A stretch of 64,000 nt of DNA from an uncultured Fibrobacteraceae bacterium (GTDB lineage Bacteria; Krumholzibacteriota; Krumholzibacteriia; LZORAL124-64-63). Each line of letters opens with the position of its first letter. The first letter of the stretch is position 1. The notes under the pieces are model-generated. The model made no database searches, had not been told where the DNA came from, and was given only the letters and a program-made list of their open reading frames with translations. The stretch covers positions 20,308-84,307 of the forward strand of contig CAZTWK010000002.1 in the NCBI GenBank assembly GCA_964617805.1, read 5' to 3'. The position numbers and the translations under genes are program-made. This document shows, one piece after another, positions 57,746-64,000 of the stretch.

Positions 57746-59352
57746 GGGGCCTCCTCGGGCTCGGTCGTCGTGGTCGTGTCCGGCGCAGCGCGTACGACAC
57801 GCAGCAGGCGCACGCCGGGGAATGAGCGGTCCGTGTCCACGCGCCCCAGCTCGCCCAGGGCCGCGTCCAGATGATGGCCCGGGTCGAGGGCCTCGCTGCG
57901 GCTCAGCACCAGCCAGGCGCGCGGCGCGTCGCCCACCCGCTCGCTCACCAGCGCGCGGGCCGTGTCCAGGTCGTCCACGTGGGGGCAGCGCCAGAAGTCC
58001 CGCACCGCGCCCTCGCCGTCATAATAGAGCCCGAAGACATCGGTCACCACCGGTACCAGCACCGCATCGCCGGGCCGGTCGTGGTCGGCGACCCAGCGGG
58101 CGGCCGCCCGCACGTCGTCGCGGGCGTAGCGGTCGGCGAGATGGTAGTTCCCGGTGGACCAGAGGGTCAAGGCGAGCAAGGCCACGCCGGCCACGGCGCC
58201 CGCGCGGCGGGGCAGCCGGGCGACCCCCACCGCCGCCAGGCAGACCAGCAGGGGCAGCAGGGTGGCCAGGTAGCGCGGCGTGAAGGTCTTGACGTCCGCC
58301 AGGCGCAGGAGCGTCAGCACGCCCACCGGCACCAGCACCCAGACGGCCAGGGTCAGGCGCGTGCGCGACGGCAGTCGGGCCAGTCCGTACAGGAGCAGTC
58401 CCCCGGCCAGCAGGCCGGCGGGAGCGAGCAACGGCAAGGCGGTCCTCACCAGCTCCATCCGGTCCGGCCGGTGGAGTTCCGCCAGCGTGGGCCCGAGGGT
58501 GAAGCCGTAGAACATGGCGTAGACCGTGAAGGGATAGACCCACACGTTGAGGCTCGTGCTGCCCACCGGCTGGAGGCCGCCGCCCCCGCCCGGGGCCAGC
58601 CGCCCCACGTACCAGTAGCCACTGGCCTGGAGCAGCCAGGGCATAGACACCAGGGCCACCAGGCCGAAGGCCGTCAACCAGCCGCGCCGCTGCTCCGGCC
58701 GCCAGGGACGGGCCAGGACCAGCACCGCGATCCCCTGCGCCACGCAGAGGAAGAGGGCCGACATGTTGCTCAGCACCGCCAGCGCGGAGAGCAGCCCGTA
58801 GGCCAGGCCGCTCCGCACGGTGGCGCCTTCGCGGAGCATGCGCACCAGCACCAGCGTGGCGGCCAGGCTGAACAGAACGAGGAAGGCGTAACCCCGTGCC
58901 TCCTGGCTGTACCACACGTGGAAGGGATTGACGGCCAGCAGCAGGCCGGCCCAGGCCCCGCTGCGGGCGTCGCCCAGCTCGCGGCCCAGGCGCATGACCA
59001 GGGACACGGCCGCCACACCCGCCAGCGCGGCGGGCAGGCGGAGCAGGAACTCCGACAGGTTGTCGCCCACGAAGGGCCAGAGCACCGCCAGGTAGAGGGG
59101 GCCCTGGATGTTGTCGCGAAACTGCTCCCAGAAGCCGTGGCCCGGGGGCGGATTCACGTTGAACCAGGTGAAGTACTCGTCGATCCACAGGCCGTCGGCG
59201 CCCAGGCGGTAGAACCTCAGCACCACCGCCAGCAGGATCACCAGCAGGACGAAGCGACGCCCGGGCGCGTCGTCGGACGTGCCCGCGTGGCCGCCGAGCC
59301 AGGGGTTGGCCGCGGGCCGGGGTGAGAGACTGCCGTCGCGCGGCTCGGTCAT
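57742..59352 (-). CDS. GT-C fold membrane glycosyltransferase (GT39/ArnT-like)
   Basis: LWIDEYFT, PLY, NPFHVWYSQEARGYA, many TMs, C-terminal periplasmic domain. Confidence 0.82.
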   Translation of the reverse strand: MTEPRDGSLSPRPAANPWLGGHAGTSDDAPGRRFVLLVILLAVVLRFYRLGADGLWIDEYFTWFNVNPPPGHGFWEQFRDNIQGPLYLAVLWPFVGDNLSEFLLRLPAALAGVAAVSLVMRLGRELGDARSGAWAGLLLAVNPFHVWYSQEARGYAFLVLFSLAATLVLVRMLREGATVRSGLAYGLLSALAVLSNMSALFLCVAQGIAVLVLARPWRPEQRRGWLTAFGLVALVSMPWLLQASGYWYVGRLAPGGGGGLQPVGSTSLNVWVYPFTVYAMFYGFTLGPTLAELHRPDRMELVRTALPLLAPAGLLAGGLLLYGLARLPSRTRLTLAVWVLVPVGVLTLLRLADVKTFTPRYLATLLPLLVCLAAVGVARLPRRAGAVAGVALLALTLWSTGNYHLADRYARDDVRAAARWVADHDRPGDAVLVPVVTDVFGLYYDGEGAVRDFWRCPHVDDLDTARALVSERVGDAPRAWLVLSRSEALDPGHHLDAALGELGRVDTDRSFPGVRLLRVVRAAPDTTTTTEPEEAP

Positions 59353-60164
59353 CGGCGGCTCGCTTCCATTAGAGGTTCGCCCAGTGTGAACTTCTTCAGG
59401 GACGCGTCGATGGCCCCCACCTTGACCTTGGTCTTCATCAGCACCGGCAGACGGCGGTCGTCGGCGGTGAGCCAGATGGTCAGCTTGCCCTCGAACTGGA
59501 ACAGGCCCTCGCCGAGGATGACCGGTTCCACCCGGTAGCAGTCGAAGATCCCGGCGGGCACCTTGATGGTCTCGCGCTCGTGCACGATCACTTCCAGGTC
59601 GTAGTTCTTGTGGGAGCTGTGAGTATTGATGAAGGCGCTGGTCCCCGGCACCAGGTCCATGCAGCGCACGAAGTAGAAGGCCGAGAGGATGTCGTGCACG
59701 CCGGCGGGGATCTCCAGCTCCCGCTCGTCCGCGTAGCGGGCCAGGCCCGCCGCGTGGTCGAAGCGGATGGCGATGTTCTTGCGGTAGTCGCCCTCGCGCA
59801 GGCGCTTGCTGAAGTAGCGGGTGTAGAGGGTCTCCGTGTCGATGTGGGAGACCACCTTGTCGCGCACCATGTAGAAGGCCGAGAAGAAGCGGTTCGAGCG
59901 GGCCTTGCTCTCCACGCGGTAGCAGGTGTGGCCGGCCGAGTCGATGACGTCGCGCACCTCCAGCGAGGCCTCCCCCGCGTTGACCGGGCCGTAGTCGATG
60001 GAAAAGAGCAGGAACTCCCCGGGGGCGTAGGGCACCGCCACGGGGGTCGATTTCGGATCAGAAACGGTCGAATCCGTGGCAGCGCTGCCGTCCGCCACGG
60101 CGGGCGCCGCGGCCAGGACCAGCCAGCCGCACGCCATCAGACACGATGCAAGACGTCCATTCAT
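59349..60164 (-). CDS. DUF3108 exported protein
   Basis: Signal peptide; GE.L.F.I.YG..NAG.A.L, Y.VRD...S, DILSAFYF.R, WLTAD.RRLPV. Confidence 0.8.
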   Translation of the reverse strand: MNGRLASCLMACGWLVLAAAPAVADGSAATDSTVSDPKSTPVAVPYAPGEFLLFSIDYGPVNAGEASLEVRDVIDSAGHTCYRVESKARSNRFFSAFYMVRDKVVSHIDTETLYTRYFSKRLREGDYRKNIAIRFDHAAGLARYADERELEIPAGVHDILSAFYFVRCMDLVPGTSAFINTHSSHKNYDLEVIVHERETIKVPAGIFDCYRVEPVILGEGLFQFEGKLTIWLTADDRRLPVLMKTKVKVGAIDASLKKFTLGEPLMEASRR

Positions 60165-60176
60165 GAAGTATTCCGA

Positions 60177-61226
60177 TCAATTGACGGGTGCGGTCCCGGG
60201 TCGTGAGACATCCAGGACGGGACGCACCGCCTCCGCCACCATCTCCGCGCCCAGTTTCGTCATGCACGGGTGATCGGGCAAGGGGCACACTGTAAAATCG
60301 CACGGGGAACAGTCTTCGCCCGTCCGCACCCCAACATGCAAGGGGTGTTCCGGGTTCCAGCCCCCCGGATCGGTGGGGCCGAAGAGGGTGACCGTCGGCA
60401 CGCCCATGGCCGCCGCCAGGTGGCGCGGACCGCTGTCCGTGGCGACCAGGACGTCCAGGCGGCCGATCAGGTCGGCCAGCTCGCGCAGATCCGTGCCGGG
60501 GGGACAGGCGACCTCCGGCACGGCCTCGCGCAGTGGCTGCAGGGCGGGGGCCTCTCCCGGCGCCGGCAACAGCACCACCGCGGCCCCGCGGTCGCGCAAC
60601 GTGCGCGCCAGCTCGATGGCCGAGGTGAGGGGCCAGGCCTTGGCCGGCCAGGTGGCGCTCAGCACCAGGCCCACGCGGGGGCGGTCCCGCGCCGCCAGCT
60701 CCGTCCGCCAGTCCAGGTAGGACGCCCCGAGCTGTTCGTCCGCGAAGGTGAAGCGCTCGCGGGGCAGCCAGGGCGGCAGGGTCAGGCCCAGGGCGCGCAG
60801 GGGGTCCAGGAAGCTCTCGCCCGCGAACTGGCGCAGGGCGCGGCTCCGGTCCCGGTTGCGCGGTACGCGCACGTTGTAGGCCCAGCGCCGCCAGCGCAGG
60901 TCGTAGCCCACGCGCAGACGGGCGCCGCTCAGCGCCGTCCAGAGGGCCGTCCGGGGCGTGCTCAGATAGTCGATCACCAGGTCGTAGCGGCGGGCCCGCA
61001 GGCGGCGCAACCCGGCGGGACCATCCCGCCAGGGTAGCACGTTGATGCGCGCGCGGTCCGCGAAGAGCGGCGCCAGGTGGGGATCCACCAGCAGATCGAG
61101 CTCGGCCGCGGGATAGGCCTCGCGAAGCAGGCGCACCGCGGGCAGGGTCACCAGGGCGTCGCCCAGGGCCCGGCGCCGGATCACCAGGATGCGGCGGGGG
61201 GCGTCGCGGGTGGGCGTCACGCTCAC
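60177..61226 (-). CDS. GT9 family heptosyltransferase
   Basis: RRALGDALV, ATWPAKAWP, TDSGPRHLAAA, LFGPT. Confidence 0.88.
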   Translation of the reverse strand: MSVTPTRDAPRRILVIRRRALGDALVTLPAVRLLREAYPAAELDLLVDPHLAPLFADRARINVLPWRDGPAGLRRLRARRYDLVIDYLSTPRTALWTALSGARLRVGYDLRWRRWAYNVRVPRNRDRSRALRQFAGESFLDPLRALGLTLPPWLPRERFTFADEQLGASYLDWRTELAARDRPRVGLVLSATWPAKAWPLTSAIELARTLRDRGAAVVLLPAPGEAPALQPLREAVPEVACPPGTDLRELADLIGRLDVLVATDSGPRHLAAAMGVPTVTLFGPTDPGGWNPEHPLHVGVRTGEDCSPCDFTVCPLPDHPCMTKLGAEMVAEAVRPVLDVSRPGTAPVN

Positions 61227-62368
61227 GGACCGCTCCCCTCGCCGGGACGGAGATCCGCCACGGTCTCCAGGACCCGCTCCGGGGACAGGTCCGGCAGGCA
61301 GACGAAGGCGTCACAGTGGTGGAGGTCGCAGGGATGGCAGTCCGGACGCGTGCAGAGGGCGCGGTAGGGACCGAAGCCCGCGTAGGGGAACCAAGGTTCC
61401 GGATCCGTCGGTCCGAGCAGGGCGACGGTGGGACGGCCCAGCGCCACGGCCGCGTGCATCAGCCCCCCGTCCACGGTCACGACGAGATCGCAACCCGCCA
61501 CCACCGACAGGGCGTCGGCCAGAGGCAGCGGCGGCAGGCAGCCTGCGCCGGACAGGGCCTCGCGATACGCGGCGCCCCCGTCGGGGGGCGGGAGCATGAC
61601 CACCGGCGCGTGGCCGGCCGCGGGCAGCTCGGTGGCCAGCCGGCCCCAGTGCACCGCCGGCCAGGCCTTGGACGGCCAGGTCGCGCCCGGCAGCAGCAGG
61701 GTGTAGCCCTCCCCCGGCGCCACACCCAGGGCGGACAGGGCCCGGCTCGCGGCCGGCGTCGGTGCGGCCGTGGCCAGCCGGGGCGCAAGGCCCTCGGGAA
61801 AGGTGTCCAGGTACCAGTCGCGGAAGGAAAGGCCGCTCGTTGCGTGACGCAGCGGGAACAGCCGTCCCAGGTGCTCGCCGAGTCCGCCGGGCGCGGCGTG
61901 GCAGAAGTCCGGGTCCGTCCCGGGCGCGGGGGCGTTCACGGGATGTGTGAAGAGCCGGCGGCGCCAGCCCCGGTCGCCGCCGATGCGGTAGCGGCAGCCG
62001 GAGAGGCGCATCAGCCAGGCGCTGCGTGGATTGAAGAGCAGGTCCACGCCCAGGTCGTAGCTGTGGCGGCGCAGTTCGCCGGCCCGGGTCCAGAAGCCGC
62101 CTCCGGAACCCGGTACACCGTCGGCGTCGCGCCGGGCGGCGGCGTCCGATCCGCGCCGACGGCTGTCCAGCACGTGCAGGCGCGAGAGGTCGGGATGGCC
62201 CGCGAGCAGGGGGGCGCCCGGGCGTTCGCAGAGGAAGCCCAGGTCCAGGTCGGGATCGCCGCAGCGCAGGACGCGCAGCACCACCGTCGACATGACGATG
62301 TCGCCCAAGTAACGCAGGCGGGTCACCAGCGCCGAACGCAGGGGCGTGCCCTCGAGGGTCCAGCTCAC
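61223..62368 (-). CDS. GT9 family heptosyltransferase
   Basis: RYLGDIVM, PGATWPSKAWP, DGGLMHAAVA, LLGPT. Confidence 0.88.
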   Translation of the reverse strand: MSWTLEGTPLRSALVTRLRYLGDIVMSTVVLRVLRCGDPDLDLGFLCERPGAPLLAGHPDLSRLHVLDSRRRGSDAAARRDADGVPGSGGGFWTRAGELRRHSYDLGVDLLFNPRSAWLMRLSGCRYRIGGDRGWRRRLFTHPVNAPAPGTDPDFCHAAPGGLGEHLGRLFPLRHATSGLSFRDWYLDTFPEGLAPRLATAAPTPAASRALSALGVAPGEGYTLLLPGATWPSKAWPAVHWGRLATELPAAGHAPVVMLPPPDGGAAYREALSGAGCLPPLPLADALSVVAGCDLVVTVDGGLMHAAVALGRPTVALLGPTDPEPWFPYAGFGPYRALCTRPDCHPCDLHHCDAFVCLPDLSPERVLETVADLRPGEGSGP

Positions 62369-64000
62369 GTCGCCAGCCCCCCCAGGATGCGGTCCACGGC
62401 CCCCGCCAGGTCGTCGACGACCGTCACGCCCGGGCGGGGTTCCAGGTCCGCGGCCGTCTTGTGGCCCTGCCCGGTGCGCACCAGGTAGGCGTCGAGGCCG
62501 AAGTGTCGGCCCAGGTCCAGGTCCGAACGCTTGTCCCCCACCATCCAGGCGCGCCGGGAGTGCCAGCGCAGGCGGCGGCCGGCCGCGTCCAGCATGCCGG
62601 GGCGGGGTTTGCGGCAGTTGCAGTCCGCGTCGGGCCCATGGGGGCAGTAGTAGACGGCGTCCACCCGCACGCCGGCCTCTGCCAGCAGCTCGTCGACGCG
62701 GGCCTGTACGGCGGCGAAGTCCCGCTCGGTATAGAAGCCCCGCCCGATGCCCGACTGGTTGGTCACGACCACCAGGCGCAGCCCGGCGGCGGCGGCCCGG
62801 GCCAGGGCCTCGGGGGCGCCCGGCAGGAGCCGGACGGCCGCGGGATCGCTGATGTACTCGGTGTCCTCGATGATCACGCCGTCCCGGTCCAGGAAGAGGA
62901 CCGGCGCGTCGGGCGCCTCCGCGGGGGGCTCGCGTTGGCAGGAGGGGCCGGCCGCGACGCCGTCCAGCAGAGCCTCGGCCGCCCGGGCCGCGCGCCGCCC
63001 GCCGATGCTGTCCAGGCAGAAGCGGTCCTGATCGCAGTCCGTCCTGAAGCAGGGCTGGCAGGTGAAGCCCTCGGCGCGCACGGATGTGGCGCGGGCTCCG
63101 CGCGGGCGGGTCCAGGCGGTGCTGGAGGATCCGTACAGGCCGACGGTGGCCGTGCCGAGCGCGGCGGCGAGATGCATCAGGCCGCTGTCGTTGCCGACGA
63201 AGGCCTCGGCCCCACCCAGCAGCGACGCGATCCCGGCCAGCGACGTGCGGCCCACCAGGTCGTAGGCCCCGGGGCTGTCCGCGAGCTCATCCGCCCAGGG
63301 GTGGTCCACGAGGTCCCGCACCCGCTGCGCCGTCGCGCGGGCCACGGCGTCTCCCACCAGGACCACGCGGATGTCGCCGCGCGCCAGCAGGAGCTCGACC
63401 AGTTCCGCCTGGCGCCGGGGCGGCCAGGACTTGGCGTCCCCGTAGGTGGCCCCCACCGAGAGCAGCCAGAGGGCGGGGCCCTCGTGCAGGGCCTTGTCCG
63501 GGAGCGCCAGTCGCGGCGCCGGCGCCGGCCGGTGGGGCGGCACCTCGACGCCCGCGCAGCGGCGCGCCCAGGTCCGGTAGAGCTCGTCCAGTTCCTCGGT
63601 GTAGTGGAGGGCGCCGCGTTGAGGACGGACCACCGGATCGGTGAGCAGCGGCGTGCGGGCATCGCCCCGGAACCCGATGCGCGACGGGATGCCAGCCAGG
63701 CGGGCCACGGCCGCCGCCCGCAACGAAGGCGGCAGGAGCATCACGGCGGGATAAGCGCCGCGCCGCCAGTCCCGGCCCTGGCGCCAGGCGCCGCGCCAGC
63801 CGGCGTGACGGCCGCGCCAGGCATAGGGCACCAGGCCCGACAACCGGGGATCGTCCGCCAGCAGGGGACGCCAGAGGTCGCGGACCGAGAGGTGGAGTGC
63901 GGGTGGCGGCGGGTCGGCATCCCCCCCGTCGCCGGCGAAGCGTTCCAGCAGGGAGGTGGCCATGACGAGGTCGCCCAGCCAGTTCGGCGCCGCGATCAGC
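62365..64000 (-). CDS. WaaF-like heptosyltransferase II fused to GmhB (D,D-heptose-1,7-bisphosphate phosphatase); start lies beyond the right edge
   Basis: Open frame from the edge: LIAAPNWLGDLVMAT, GATYGDAKSWP, NDSGLMH, then FLDRDG, TNQSGIGRG, CPH..CNCRKP, MVGDK.SD. Confidence 0.88.
   Translation of the reverse strand, partial: LIAAPNWLGDLVMATSLLERFAGDGGDADPPPPALHLSVRDLWRPLLADDPRLSGLVPYAWRGRHAGWRGAWRQGRDWRRGAYPAVMLLPPSLRAAAVARLAGIPSRIGFRGDARTPLLTDPVVRPQRGALHYTEELDELYRTWARRCAGVEVPPHRPAPAPRLALPDKALHEGPALWLLSVGATYGDAKSWPPRRQAELVELLLARGDIRVVLVGDAVARATAQRVRDLVDHPWADELADSPGAYDLVGRTSLAGIASLLGGAEAFVGNDSGLMHLAAALGTATVGLYGSSSTAWTRPRGARATSVRAEGFTCQPCFRTDCDQDRFCLDSIGGRRAARAAEALLDGVAAGPSCQREPPAEAPDAPVLFLDRDGVIIEDTEYISDPAAVRLLPGAPEALARAAAAGLRLVVVTNQSGIGRGFYTERDFAAVQARVDELLAEAGVRVDAVYYCPHGPDADCNCRKPRPGMLDAAGRRLRWHSRRAWMVGDKRSDLDLGRHFGLDAYLVRTGQGHKTAADLEPRPGVTVVDDLAGAVDRILGGLAT

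Overview
High-GC, diderm bacterial chromosome segment. The LpxC-FabZ fusion, the bacillithiol genes, a FlgD-like C-terminal domain and a C-terminal TWGxxKxxFR motif together suggest an FCB-affiliated lineage such as Ca. Krumholzibacteriota/Latescibacterota (inference only). The left ~6.7 kb is accessory. It holds a DUF4402-pilin/chaperone/usher-like locus with sigma54-type promoter motifs, a secreted tetraheme cytochrome c, and a truncated gene next to tRNA-Ala(GGC). tRNA-Leu(CAA), pruA and fbp follow. From ~10 kb onward nearly everything lies on the minus strand in tightly coupled operons: tol-pal; bshC/B1/A with a methyltransferase; nadB; lipid A genes (lpxD, lpxC-fabZ, lpxA, lpxB, DUF374, lpxK); skp and bamA; clpC; lolCD; lysS; frameshifted prfB; coaE, polA, nadD, bamD, rimO, ftsK, accBC, efp, aroQ; an uncharacterised five-gene membrane module (DUF6754-like); acyl-CoA dehydrogenase; a PhzF-like gene; acpS; and an LPS-core glycosyltransferase cluster ending in a WaaF-GmhB fusion cut by the window edge. 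Best candidates for undescribed biology are the DUF6754-like membrane module, the sigma54-linked DUF4402 pilus locus with its neighbouring cytochrome, and the bacillithiol-linked methyltransferase. All family assignments come from motif recognition by eye; no database search was run.
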